A stretch of DNA of 64,000 nucleotides, taken from NCBI RefSeq assembly GCF_006345805.1, contig NC_043009.1, forward strand, positions 18,972,001 through 19,036,000, in the 5' to 3' direction. The stretch's first letter is position 1. Every line of letters begins with the position of its first letter. Positions 36,330 to 49,589 of the stretch are shown piece by piece. Under the pieces are notes generated by a model. It ran no database searches and was not told the origin of the DNA. It saw only the letters and a program-made list of their open reading frames with translations. The position numbers and the translations under genes are program-made. This stretch comes from Octopus sinensis. Lineage: Eukaryota.

Positions 36330-39170
36330 GCTGATAAAGCCAATAAGAGGGGTCTTGAAGCCGGTATATATGCCATTATGAAGACCACCAAAAACAACCG
36401 TAAGACTATAAGCGAGTTTAAAAGGCGGCTTGATGATAATGACAGGCATCAAGAGGGCAGTTTGAATATGATGATGGCCAATGTCCGTGGTTGCAAACAA
36501 TTTTGGTCTAGAAAATGTTCAGACTTGATGGCCATGGACGAAAAAATTTGGCCCGGCCCACTTGTTCCTAACTTTGTTTTGTGCAGAACACTTTGGCCAG
36601 ATCTGCGTGAATTTCTGGAAAAGTTGAACGTGAACATACCAAACGTTGCTACAAAGCGCACCAACGAGCTGTGTGCTGATGACGTAGAGGCTGTTGACGT
36701 GAGCATTTTCACCATCGATTTGCCACCTTTATGAGAGAGATCGTTATACACAAAAACAGTCCTTTCGGTCTGGTCGATCACTTCTTTTGGAGATTGGAAT
36801 ACCACAAGTTTACATAAAATCGTGGATTAAAGATGGCTCGATTATGGACAGAGACGACAAGAGCACGATTCAAACTTTTATACAGTTTATGATCGTTTGT
36901 CGTAGTGGATCCTGCAGAAAACAGATTTACTCAAACAGTCCATTTTACTCTCGATGCAGATTTGGATTTCAACATCCCGTTGGAAATTTCCATTTGCTTA
37001 GTGTAGACGAGAGTATAAAGTCTCAGCACAAAGGCAGGACTGTCAAGAAACTTTACAAACTTGACAGACGACAGGGGGAAGAGTTCATTAATGACTATAG
37101 CCCTCTTGTTCTGTATGTCTGGAAGGTGAATGTCGATATACAGTACATCGGTGAAGATAGCATGGTTCTAAACCGATATATTACTAGTTATCAGACAAAG
37201 TTCAAAAAGAGTGACACTGGAGGCATTTTGGCTGAGATTGATAAATCCAAGTCCATTTATTCAAAGTATAAGAGTGTCGGACTTCAGTTGATGGGCAAGC
37301 GAGAAACAGGTGCTCATGAAGCTGCTGATATACTGCTTGACCACCATTTCTGTGGATGTTCTAAAAGCATTATTTGGACTGGAGCGGGCTTGCCCAGTTA
37401 TCGATCACATAGGTTCAGACTTCAGTATGAACTGAACCAATTGGAGCCGGAGTCCAGCTGTTTTTATTAGAACATGGTGGAAAATTTGTATCCAAACAGA
37501 CCCAATTCTATGGAGCACATGAGTTTGTATACGATTGCGAGTAAATACTAACGCGTCCCTCCAAAGCCAGAAATGCTAATGAAGAAATGCGGTTGAGAAA
37601 TAATCTTAGCTTTTCCGTTCTGTCAAAGAGCGAATTGTAAAGTCGCCAAACATTATATAGACTGCGGATACTTGGGAGCGTTATTACCACAACCTGCTCA
37701 TGCTCTTCAAGCCTCGGCGTGATCAGGAAAAAGACTTGCTTGGAGGTTGCAAGACTTATCAGGAGTCCTTTGATCAGTGTGCCAATGATTTATCTAAAGT
37801 GGTCAGGTTCCAAAATGTGCGCAAACGTATAGAGGATGCTTTGGAACCTGGAAAAAAATTCTAAGTGAATCTCAGACTGATCTCAATGATAATTATTCTC
37901 GTGGTGATCATATGAAGGCTTTGGCAGATGAAGATGTTGATGCCAATTTGCTTCGCACGAGATATGTTACTGAGGATGCAGTGAATCATAAAGAATGTCA
38001 ACTGAATGACGAGCAAAGAAAACTTTATGATGTTATTGTGACCGGAATTGAGAAACAAAACAATTACTGGGACAACAACAAACCTTATTCGTGATGTCAT
38101 TTTGATGACTGTGCACAAGTTTTGAAATTTGTTTCTGGTGTTCGTGACATGGCAAAAGTTTTTTGATAAATTCAGTACATGTACCCAAATGATAATGGCC
38201 CGAGTGTAGTGATATCAGCACCAACAGGAAAGGCCGCTTTCCTACTAAACGGAACTATTGTTCATCGATTGCTAAAACTCAAAGTGCAGCACGGCAAAAC
38301 TCCTGTGTATGAGGAACTATCGAAAGACAATCTAAAACTGCTGCGAACGATGCTTCAGTAAGTGAGGCTGATTATAATCGATGAGGTTAGTATGGTCAGT
38401 CACTTGCAGCTGGCTTTTATTTACTTGAGATTATGTCAACTGTTTGAATCTACACAACAGAGTTCGCCGTTCGGACACATAAACGTGGTTGTCTTTGGTG
38501 ATTTGTTTTAATAACCACCTGCTAGAGAAAAACTGGTGTTTAAAAGAATTGGTCACCACACTACCCACAGAGCGTGCTTAAGCATTAAGAGTCACCACTT
38601 GTGGAGAGTCTTTGACTATGACGAGTCGACAGTTGACATGCGTCAGAAATACGACATGGAGAATTATGCTGACGTACTCAGCCGAATCAGATTGGGTTCA
38701 CCGCTTGACTTCTGACATTCAAATTCTTAACAAGCATAGAACTGAACCCAACGGTAAAGCTTCTCTCGAACGGGTTGCTTACAAAATGTGTGAGTTGACT
38801 CAGACAACTGATTTGAGGATCGTTTGTATTATGCCTCTGAATGAGTCGGTTTCAGAGTTTAACAACGTTATGCTTGATAAACTTGGTATCATTACTGTCG
38901 AGATTACGGCTGTTGATTCCAGCATGCGGCAGACCAGAAAATTAAAAGCAAGAAGTTGACCACCAAGGCGAAAAAGATGTTTGATACTGCTGGACTTGAA
39001 ACCGTCCTTAGAGTTGGCGTCAATGCTAGAATAATGCTTAAGCACAACAATGGCGTGGACAGCGGTTTGTGCAACGGTGCGATGGGAAGTGTCAAGAGAC
39101 TCAACTATGAATTTGGAAGGATTACTTCTATTAAGATTCTCTTTGATAGTTTAAACAAAGTCTTTTCCAT
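36330..39170 (+). mobile_element. Helentron/Helitron2-type RepHel relic (Rep and PIF1-like helicase), disrupted
   Basis: MANVRGCKQFW..DLMAM..WPDL; CRFGF..INDYSP..NVDIQYIGE..YITSY..GAHEAADILL; YPNRP; LNDEQR; SAPTGKAA; IIIDEVSMV; FGHINVVVFGDL; RIMLKHN..GLCNGAMG. Many stops and frameshifts, plus a deletion in Rep. Confidence 0.9.
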
Positions 39171-39177
39171 CAAAACT

Positions 39178-39305
39178 GGTGATAACTTGCGACGGGGAAA
39201 ATTACAGTGAGGTTCATGTGATAAGATAAGTTCATATACGATATGGAGAAAAGTAATCTAGGGTTTAAGAATTTAGTCTTAATAAGAGAGTAAAAGAAGA
39301 GTCAA
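39178..39305. repeat. ~130-bp direct repeat of 40700-40825
   Basis: GATAACTTGCGACGGG.AAATT..GTAATCTAGGGTTTAAG..GAGAGTAAAAGAAGAG occurs at both sites. Confidence 0.85.
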
Positions 39306-40068
39306 TCCAGGAGACAGTAGCCTTAGAACGGTTCTTCACGGAGTACAAGATTCGTTTAGTACTTCAGAGAGGAGTCTCAGGTAGTGAATTTTAGACATCT
39401 TCAAAAAATCCTTTGACGGCACCGCTGTTAGTTGGGTCTTTTCGAGGATTGTGCAGAGTTCCAAAACCATCCTAACTGCATTCGTTAAGTTCTTGCGTAT
39501 ATTACCGATTTCTGAGCTTGTGTTAAACAGCCAGTTCACGTATAGTATGAATCAATTGAACTTGTTATGAAAGTCGACTGACCGCCTTCATTTAGTAAGG
39601 AAGACTGGCTATTTTTCTATCTTTTTTTTTTTGCATGTGTGTGTGTCTAATTTCTATGGAAAAGGAAAATGCTGAATGCTGAAAGACATGGGAATAGCAT
39701 TTTGCCTCTCTTTACCATTTCTCAACTTCTTTAAATTGACAACGAGAGAAGGGTGAGGGTGAAGATAAAGACGTTGTTGTCTAATTGGAATTTACGATAT
39801 TATTTTGGCCAACCTAATTATCCATCAAGCGGCAGTTACCTTTAGGTAGTCATTGATTTCGAAGGATTAAAGTCATCTGGGGCTTCTACTGGGTATCCTG
39901 AATTACCCTAGATAGTTTTCACTACATTTGGAGAAATTTTCTTGCTAACATTTTATTTTTATAGATTTCGTCTTCATTTTATTTTCGTGATCGATAAAGT
40001 AAGTTGTAATCATGTCCGTGGTTGCTTATAGTGATTTGCTTTAATAACCATCTGTTAGAGAAAAAACA

Positions 40069-41112
40069 TGTGTAATTATTGTTCTTGAGGTCAGTGAACT
40101 TGTGCCGTTTTGCAAAGAGCTCAGGGTATGTTTTAAATTATGAAATGTAAAATAGATTATATGGAAAGGGAAAAGCGTGTGCTATAAGTATATATACTGA
40201 AACTCAGGCAAGCAAGCTAGCATTCGAATTGGAGTAGTAGAAGAGCAAATCATATCTTACAATCGAAAATTTAACGATAGCTCTTCCTCCTCTACCATTC
40301 GGTATTCGAAGTTGTCGTGAGTCATGGATGCTCACAGATGCTCGCACAGCGTGCTTTAGGAGCCACCACTTGTGGAGATTCTTTGACTACGACTGCTCCT
40401 CCCTGAACATATTCCTGTTGGAAACTATTATTGTTTCTATGATATAAGAATAGCAGAATTGGTTGAGTGTAGTATCATCTTTAAATTGGAGAGGTCTATT
40501 ATTTTGATTCTTTTCGTTTCACTGTCGATGAAATAAGTACCAGTCAGTTACCAATGTCATTTTCATTTACATTATCACAGGAGAATGTGAAACGTGCTCT
40601 TGTGACATTGTTAGATGTCGATATTCTTTTCAAACACGTGAAATACATTTAGTAACCCTGTTTAATGGTAGAAGACCGAAATTTTATTCCAAGGGGACTG
40701 GTGATAACTTGCGACGGGGAAATTTATAGTAAGGTTCATGTGATACGATAAGTTCATATACGGTATGGAGAGAAGTAATCTAGGGTTTAAGGATTTAGTC
40801 TTTAAGAGAGTAAAAGAAGAGCCAGTCTTGGCTCTTCTCACCGCAGTATACGACATGACTCATAACGACTTCGAATCCCGAATGGTAGAGGAGGAAGAGC
40901 TATCGTTAAATTTTCGATTGTAAGATATGATTTGCTCTTCTACTACTCCAATTCGAATGCTAGCTTGCTTGCCTGAGTTTCAGTAAATATACTCATAGCA
41001 CACGCTTTTCCCTTTCCGTATAATCTATTTTACATTTCATAATTTAAAACATACCTTGAGCTATTTGCAAAACGGCACAAGTTCACTGACCTCAAGAACA
41101 ATAATTACACAA
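40069..41112. repeat. Inverted repeat, ~255-bp arms (40069-40326 and 40855-41112), ~530-bp spacer
   Basis: TGTGTAATTATTGTTCTTGAGGTCAGTG..GAGTCATG matches CATGACTC..CACTGACCTCAAGAACAATAATTACACA, with scattered mismatches. Confidence 0.9.
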
Positions 41113-41789
41113 GTTCATGAATCATACACAAGTTCGTGAGTCATATAGAGTTATGACTTTGTTATGACTCACAGAAGATTCTAATATTAGTTAAATAAAT
41201 CAGCAACAGACGTAGATATATGCGTGTATGTTTTTGTTTTCCGTTTCCTTTTGTGCTTCCATTGCTTTCTCCTCCTCTTTCTCTCCTTCTTCTCTCTTCC
41301 CTCTCCGTTTGAATATCTATAACACCCTCCCCCCACACACACATGTATGTAAACAACAAAATAGAAACATAAGTATACATACCCAGACATCTACACTCCC
41401 AGATATGTGCGCTGACACGCATATATACAATACAAAGATACACAGTCCCACGCAAGCTCGTAAATGTCATACTTTTCATCAGCAGTCTATGCAATTGTCT
41501 AGAAAGGAGTTGTGTCTTTGTTAGAAAACTGGAACAATCCTATTTGTTTTATTTCCAATACTGCCAGTAAATATTTAAATAGACAACCAGCTCACCATTC
41601 ACCATCGACGTAGCCTTCACCAATGAAATAACGTTCACAGCAATATTACTTTTTGTGGTACAATGAATAACAGCCACTTTTATACGTGACTGCTTGTGAT
41701 CAACATAAAGTGCACATACATACACTTGCGCACGCACACAGAACACACATATATATACATGTATATATACATAAATATATATATATATA

Positions 41790-43250
41790 TAATTATTATT
41801 TGAGGGAATAAAATCCAAACTTACAAGGAAAAAGAATTCAATTTAGAAATACTAAATCAAATTCCACACAATATAATATTAGAAATATTAGAAAAAAAAC
41901 CTTTTATCAATTCAAAATGAATAATTAAATTACACCATCTAGAAAATTACATATAATAGAAAATTTAAAATTAAAATAACAATTAAAAAGTAAAGGTTAA
42001 GTAAATTATAAAAATAATATAATGTATATAATAGGTAGAAAAACGACACGTGTTTCGCTGCTATATTTAAGAAATGATTATAGTAGTAGAGAAATCATTT
42101 GCATAAAAATATATGGTACCAAAAGTTTAGGTGACTCAAAAGGGCCCTGGACAGCCAGATGTTAGTTGATAGTAGGGAGACTATTTACTTGTAGGTAAAT
42201 TGGGTATAAAATCAATTAATTTTTCTTTTCTTGTTTGTATGCTTCTTGTTTATTATGGATGTATTAATATTTATGTATTGGGACATTTCTCTGAAACCGC
42301 TGGTGTTTTGTTGTACAGACAAGTTATTTCACTGCACGTCAATTCATTATATGATGAAGAAGAAAGTATGAGTGAGGTACTCTTCATAATGTATACAACG
42401 ATGCTTTGCAGATGGTTGAAGAGTCTATGTGTATATTGGAATTTTTCATTCTCCCCACCCTTTTTTTTATAAGGTTTGAAAATAGAAGATTGTTGGCGTC
42501 AAGAAAGTTAACTATTTTGAGATGTTATAATATGTTAATGGAAAGTAAGAAACCTATGAACCCCAAATTAAAGAAAGGTGCTAAAATATTCAAACCAAAG
42601 AACAATACACTATGAATATGTACAATCACAATCACCAGTCCTCTACCAAACCAGTCAATAACATTAACAATAATAAAACGATCAAAGTCAAAAGAATAGC
42701 AAGAACTAACTAATATTGATAAGCAAACTAAATAACTAAGTTCAACGATTCTGATTAATCTATCAAGATTTTGAAAAGATAAGCGTCTAATGAATCAACT
42801 CAATCAAATTCATTCATGAAATACAATCAAAACTTTGAAAAAGTACAAATATACTCAAATCCATTATATAAACTCGTTATATTAATATCCATGTATAAAA
42901 TCTATAGATTTGATATATCACACGATAAAAAAGTTAAACATAAACATTATATTAAAATAAAAACTACTTTATTTAAAAAAATACTATTTAATGAAAATAT
43001 TATGTAATTATAATAAGAAATAAAGTCTAACCATTATAAATTCTCAAATTAAATGATATGTAAAACATAAAATATTTTATAACAATTAAACATCGGACGT
43101 AAAAAATACTATCAAGAAACTATAAATAAATAAAAATATTACATTAAACAAAATATTATCAACAATAATAATATCAAACAAACAACGGTTCAATAATCAA
43201 ATGAAATAGAGAAACGATAAAATCAGACTTAGCTTTAGCGAAGAATGAAG
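41790..43250 (+). mobile_element. AT-decayed PLE relic (terminus, partial hammerhead, endonuclease remnant)
   Basis: Shares the terminus TTGAGGGAATAAAATCCAAACTTACA with ~44940 and ~53140. 42000-42090 is homologous to 51560-51640 and includes GACACGTGTTTC (GAAA-CACGTG-TC on the minus strand). 42530-42700 is homologous to 52200-52370. Confidence 0.6.
42146..42528 (+). repeat. Second, inverted copy of the 35090-35470 segment
   Basis: ORF-track translations 35139-35417(-) and 42200-42472(+) are almost identical. Confidence 0.85.
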
Positions 43251-43789
43251 AGTAGCTGATTTTTAAAAGAGATATATATTTTTAAAGCATTTCTAAAATT
43301 ATCGCGTGGATAGATAGTGCAAAGAAATAGAATAAATCCTTAATGAACGTGGCGAAATTTATAAATTTTAAATAAGGGTAGAAATTGATCTTAATCAATT
43401 AAAACCAGTGGCCTAGCATATTCAAAAAAATCCGAAGATTAAACATTTTTTACATACAAAATTTAGAGGATTGACCACTAAAAAAGGACAGCCTGTATGC
43501 TAGATATAGATGTCAAAATCGCCATTTCCCACGGAGAGTGTGTTCTCAAGAACGAATTCAGCAAAAAACCAAAGCGTAAAAATAAGCAAGACAAATGAAA
43601 ATATACAAAATAAAAAACGATTACCTATGTACTAATTAGTTTCACTTGTTAATAATTTACGTATATGAATACATAAGCATCTGCAAGATCATCAGCATAG
43701 CCTGTCGTTTATGAAACACAATTTCTAGAACTAGATACAGGGCACTCGACCGAAATCCAGCATTATATAAAGTTCCACAAATTATATTT

Positions 43790-44820
43790 ATGTGTATCTT
43801 TCAAATGCCTTCACTTTGGCGCGCTGAGATCAGAAATTACTCCGCAGTTAATAAACAACAGCAGATTTCTCAAAAATAGCTGTCGCCTCGTGCACAATCC
43901 TTCTCCACCCGCTGCGATCAATAGCTATGCCCTCCCATGTATCAGGAGAGATGCAAGCATCTCTTAAAGAAGCCTTCAGCAAGTCCTTATATATCATTTT
44001 TGGTTTATGTGGAGGTCGTTCTCCTTTAGCTAACTCTCCATAAAAGTGTTGTTTTGGCATCCTTGAATCCTTCATCCTGACCAGATGACCACTCCATCTG
44101 AGCCTTTGCTTTAACACAAGAGCTTCTATACTTTCACACCGAGAGCCTTCCAATATTTCAAGATCACTGATGCGGTCCTCCCACTTAATGCCATAGATCC
44201 GTCTGAGATACATCTGATGGAAACGTTCCAGTTGTTTAAGGTGGTATCGATATGTGACCCACGTCTCGCAGGCATAGAGAAGAGAGCACACATGCCTTGT
44301 ACACTTTTAATCTTTGTCTTTCTGCATATGTCTCGCCGACTCCAGAGGCGCCTTTTAGCCTTCCGAAAGCATCACTTGCTTTCCTAATTCTGTATGGAAT
44401 TTCATCATCCAAATTGCTATATCTATTAACAGTGCTTCCCAGGCAGACAAACTGATCGACTACATCAAGTCGTTTACCATGCACATAGATATTTGGTACA
44501 CTATACTGCTTACCAGGGACAGGTTGGTACATGGCAACAGTTTTCTTGAGATTGACTGTCAATCCTGAGGCAGTGCAAGCATCAGAGAATGTATTCAAAA
44601 TGTGTTGCGCTATTAGATCACAATCATCTGCACACAAAATGTCTCTTATGATGGAGGTAAATACCTGTGTTTTTGCAGCAAAGCGCCTGATATTAAATAT
44701 GCTGCCAGAGGTTCGATAATGGATGTAAACACCATATCTGCAGTTTCTGAATGCAATACAGAAAACCATCACAAAATGTATGCCAAATAGCGTCGGTGCC
44801 AGAATATCCCCCTGTTTCAC
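43790..44820 (-). mobile_element. RTE (BovB-like) LINE, 5'-truncated RT and C-terminus
   Basis: [58 protein letters not shown]. Confidence 0.92.
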
Positions 44821-44841
44821 TCCATACATACATATATACAT

Positions 44842-44931
<90 letters not shown>

Positions 44932-45029
44932 ATAATAATATTAGGGAATAAATCCAAACTTACAGGAAAAAATTAGATTTAGGATTAAATCCAATTTTAT
45001 AGTATAAATATATTATATTATATTATATT

Positions 45030-46237
45030 AAATTAGAGATAAAACCAATATTAGGCAAATCAAACAGTGAAAAACATAAGCCAATACATAAAATTAATCT
45101 AAAAATATAAAAGTTAAAAATAAAAAATTATTTAAATAATTTAAACTTATAAATTTTATATATATATACAAATATATATATATATATGTGTATATTTTTA
45201 TATTTATATATTATTTTATTTATTAATTTATTTATTTATTTATTTTTATTTTTTTATTTTTTATATATATCAAAAGTATTAAAAGTTTAATATAAGATAA
45301 AGAGTAAAACACTACGATCGTTTCATGGCTGTACCAATTCGAATAACAATAATTTAAATTCAATTAATAATTCGAGTTAATCATCAGGTTAATTGAAATA
45401 TTTTAAAAATAATCAGAAATATTTAAACAATATTTTAAAGATATAAATAATATAATAATTTTACTTATAATAAACTCTATTATCAAACTAGAAACTTAAA
45501 ACTTAACAATTATGATTATATCAAAATCGATTATAATGTTAAATATTAATTTTAATTTATAAGGTAGGAAACTCACCAATAATCTAATATCGGTAATAGT
45601 CTATATCTAATTACATAAATATTAAAAAAAAAATTTTTAATATTTATGTAATTAGTTATAGACTATTACCGATATTAGATTATTGGTGAGTTTCCTACCT
45701 TTTAAATTAAAATTAATATTTAACATTATAATCGATTTTGATATAATCATAATTGTTAAGTTTTAAGTTTCTAGTTTGATAATAGAGTTTAATATAAGTA
45801 AAATTATTATATTATTTATATCTTAAAAATATTGTTTAAATATTTCTGATTATTTTAAAATATCTCAATTAACCTGATGATTGACTGTAACCATAACTCG
45901 AATTATTAATTGAATTTAAATTATTGTTATTCGAATTGGTACAGCCATGAAACGATCGTAGTGTTTTACTCTTTATCTTATATTAAACTTTTAATACTTT
46001 TGATATATAAAAAAATAAATAAATTGATAAATAAATTGATAAATAAAATAATATATAAATATAAAAATATACATACATATATATATATATTTGTATATAT
46101 ATATATATATAAAATTTATAAGTTTAAATTATTTAAATAATTTTTTATTTTTAACTTTTATATTTTTAAATTAATTTTATGTATTGGCTTATGTTTTTCA
46201 CTGTTTGATTTGCCTAATATTGGTTTTATCTCTAATT

Positions 46238-46238
<1 letters not shown>
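45030..46238. repeat. ~1.2-kb AT-rich palindrome (~600-bp arms, almost no spacer) with opposed degenerate hammerheads
   Basis: Centre at the A10/T5 run at 45624-45638. Arms start AAATTAGAGATAAAACC and end GGTTTTATCTCTAATTT. CTGATGA..GAAA-CGATCG-TA occurs on the plus strand (45874-45960) and the minus strand (45313-45387). Flanked by (TA)n. Confidence 0.9.
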
Positions 46239-46291
<53 letters not shown>

Positions 46292-46361
46292 CTAAAAACG
46301 GTAAGATAACAAAAGAAAGAAAGAGACCTTAATATTATGTAAATAGAGGAAATTTTATCTG

Positions 46362-46875
46362 TAAAATAATATGTGACAATTATTCGGTAGCCAAGATAAA
46401 ACTCTGAGTTTCGGATGCCGAGGTGGAAATCCACACCACCATCTCTTCGGTTATCTGGCCATCTGAAAAAACGCTATGAAGAAAGACCGTTATACAAAGG
46501 GAAATTACTGTCTTATAGTCCGCTACTTATACAAAAGCGCTAAATCGAATGACCTCTAATTAAGATAAGGTTAAAAGTTCATATTAAACACGTAAGCATG
46601 CCTGTTCATACGTACACATGTGCGCTCTTGCACCCACGTGCTTACGTATTTACTATGAACTTTTAACCTTATCTTAATTAGAGGTCATTCGATTTAGCGC
46701 TTTTGTATAAGTAGCGGACTATAACACAGTAATTTCCCTTTGTATAACGGTCTTTCTTCATAGCGTTTTTTCAGATGGCCAGATAACCGAAGAGATGGTG
46801 GTGTGGATTTCCACCTCGGCATCCGAAACTCAGAGTTTTATCTTGGCTATCAAATAATTGTCACATATTATTTTA
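46362..46875. repeat. Near-perfect palindrome (237-bp arms, 40-nt loop) with opposed hammerhead motifs
   Basis: 46362-46598 matches 46639-46875 with about five mismatches by eye. Plus motif AGATAA-CCGAAGA-GATG..CATC-C-GAAA-CTCAGAG-TT-TTATCT at 46781-46843, mirrored on the minus strand in the left arm. Confidence 0.92.
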
Positions 46876-48299
46876 TATATATAATATAAAGTTATATCTT
46901 GAGATTGTTAGTGGCAACAACGCTCAAGATATATAACAGACTGGAATAGTAGTGCTCAAATGAGCTGTATACACTTTTTTAATCCGAGGGGAGGCAATAC
47001 GAGCAGCAACTAAAGGAAAATCACAAAATCCACAGAAAGATCAAACACATACATATATTCATATATTCATTTATATCTACAGAACAGATATAAAGCCCGA
47101 CGTTTAAAACTTTAGTAATATATAAATATAAATATCATATAAAAATATATAAATATATAAGAGAATCAAAGTTGTATATATATAACACCTTGAATTTACG
47201 CTTAAACACGTAAAACATTTGGTATAATTTTGTTACAATAAAAAATTTGGGACAATAAAACATACAATGACATAATAAAAGACGAATTAAAATTCCAGAG
47301 AAATGTACATAGAAGATAAATATACAAGATAAATATACAAATTGTAAATTTGTTACTCTTGGTTTGGGCATTAATGATGCCTGGTCGCAGTTCGTTCATT
47401 CCTGAGACGTTAAAACTGTTGACTGATAGTGAATTGATTGATAGTGAATTTTAACACGATGAACCTCTTCAAAATTGTCATGAGGCCAATAAAATGAAGG
47501 AAAGCTGTTCAGCCCACAATATATACAACTTCCAGTGGAATCGGACATCATAATTAACCTTAAACTTTTTGCACTCAAACACTTTCACATTAGGATAAGC
47601 ACAATATACTCTTCCATAGTACATACCTCATGTTGACACCTATACGTCAGACTGAATGCTGTTTTATCTCCAAAGTGAATACTGCAAGTGATATTTAAGC
47701 AATAAGCAGTTCTTTGGCTTTTGCATTTGACGACTGTTACTTTACGTATTTTATTTCGATTTTCACTGGCGTAGTGATAAGAACTACGGGATAAGTAACA
47801 TTAGTTTCGAATAAAAATATAAATGGAAGTTTTAATCACCCGATGGACAGGCAAACAGGAACTGCTACTCAATAAAGGCGCAAAAATGCCCAGGGAAGTC
47901 TCTCTTCTCTGAAAAACTGACACAAAAAGAGTTGAAACTCGGGGGTTAAATAACACAATGTGCAATAAAATAACATAAGGCATGTTCTTTGCAAATCAAT
48001 TTTATCTCAAAAATTGACCAATACCGCTTTTTTTTTTAATTGGATAAGAAATCTTAAGCAAGGTTTTAGATGTGATACCCCACCCCCAATCTTTCCCGTT
48101 TTATAAACGATCAATTAGTCTTTTCTACTTTCAATTGAATTTTGTTGAGAATATCTTCAGAAAATTGAGTAATCACCAGTTATTTATTTGCTTTATTTTC
48201 ACTTTGTTGCACACTTAAAGTAACTGCCTTTTCCTAGTAGCTTTTCATGTCAGCTGGTTTATTGCATGAAAAACAGCTGTAAGAACACATTTGACCGCG

Positions 48300-48691
48300 G
48301 ATGCACGTGGCTGATTACAGTTAATTAAAGTTAGAGTGATATCGATTGTTTTTTTAGCCGCTTACAAATGTGTCAAAACGCAGAAATGTTCGTGGTCTAA
48401 TATTTAAATCAAAATGAGACTGTATTTACAAATAGCAAGCTTTATTTACATATATCTGTCATTTAAATGTGAAAACGTAGAAATGAATTGTTTAGAACGT
48501 CGGTTAATGAACAGGATGGCGGAAGAAACAGGACAAAACGATTACAAAAATAGCGATTCTCACTTTGAAACTGACAATTCTGAAAATCCTTAGAACGCCC
48601 CGCTCTCTCATGTATCCATGTATAAAATTTCAGTGCGATCGGATGAACACGCACAAAAAAAACCCAGACAGAATGGGATTTATATATTAGA
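48300..48691 (-). mobile_element. Possible non-autonomous Helitron, 5' part
   Basis: Minus strand starts TCTAATATATAAATCCCATTCTGTCTG..CCGATCGCACTGAAATTTT, in the style of Helitron 5' ends. No 3' terminus found. Confidence 0.35.
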
Positions 48692-48770
48692 TATATATAT
48701 GTATATATTTGCGTATATATATATGTACATATATATATTTATATACATATGTATTTATATATGTACTTAC

Positions 48771-48837
<67 letters not shown>

Positions 48838-48848
<11 letters not shown>

Positions 48849-49215
48849 GGCAGTTTGTCTGTGCGTGTTTCTGTGTGTCTGTTTTCTCGTACCCTCACTC
48901 TGACCACGGCTTTCAACCGATTCTGATGAAACTTGACACACACATAGCCCAATGTCATAATTCAAAACTAACGCAGCGAAAATTTTGAAAAGTTCCCCCA
49001 GTTCTGAAAAAAATCGATAAACTCGACATGGGGTCGAGAATCGGAAACCCAAACCACAGACCGCCTAGGGGACGCAACTTCACCTTTTTAACTCTCAAAA
49101 AAATTTACCATCATTTTTTCCCCATTTTTTTGCTATTTTTTGGCTATAACTCTCTAAAAATGCTTTATAGTTATTTCCCTTACAAACCTGAGCAACGCCG
49201 GGCGATACTGCTAGT
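48838..49215 (+). mobile_element. Non-autonomous Helitron-like element
   Basis: Emerges from (TA)n as TATATAAACGGCAGTTTGTCTGTG..CCGATTCTGATGAAACTT and ends CCTGAGCAACGCCGGG (hairpin) CGATACTG-CTAG-T (49211-49215). Shares its 3' end with 395-454. Confidence 0.7.
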
Positions 49216-49245
49216 ACATATATATATACATATATATATATACAT

Positions 49246-49287
<42 letters not shown>

Positions 49288-49589
49288 CAAGTGTGTATTT
49301 ATATGCATATACATATATATATATATATATATGCGTATATGCCTATGTTTATGCACATGTAACACACATATATAATACACAAACACACACACAGACACAT
49401 ACATACACACAAATAAACACATACGATATTTTCAATGAAGACGGTATAACCGCATCTGACTCTTTAAGTGATTCAATTCTTCCTACGTTAATTTACTAGA
49501 TTGCTGACATCTAGCAACAGTCTCTCCTACGTGTTGATGCACTGCTTTCTCTCATTAGTAAGACTGTCGGCATTTTTTAAAAATAAAAA

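Noticed and set aside
47400-47700. Minus-strand coding-like fragments (..CQHEVC.., ..FECKKFKVNYDVRFHW..)
   Set aside because: Too short and broken to assign to a family.
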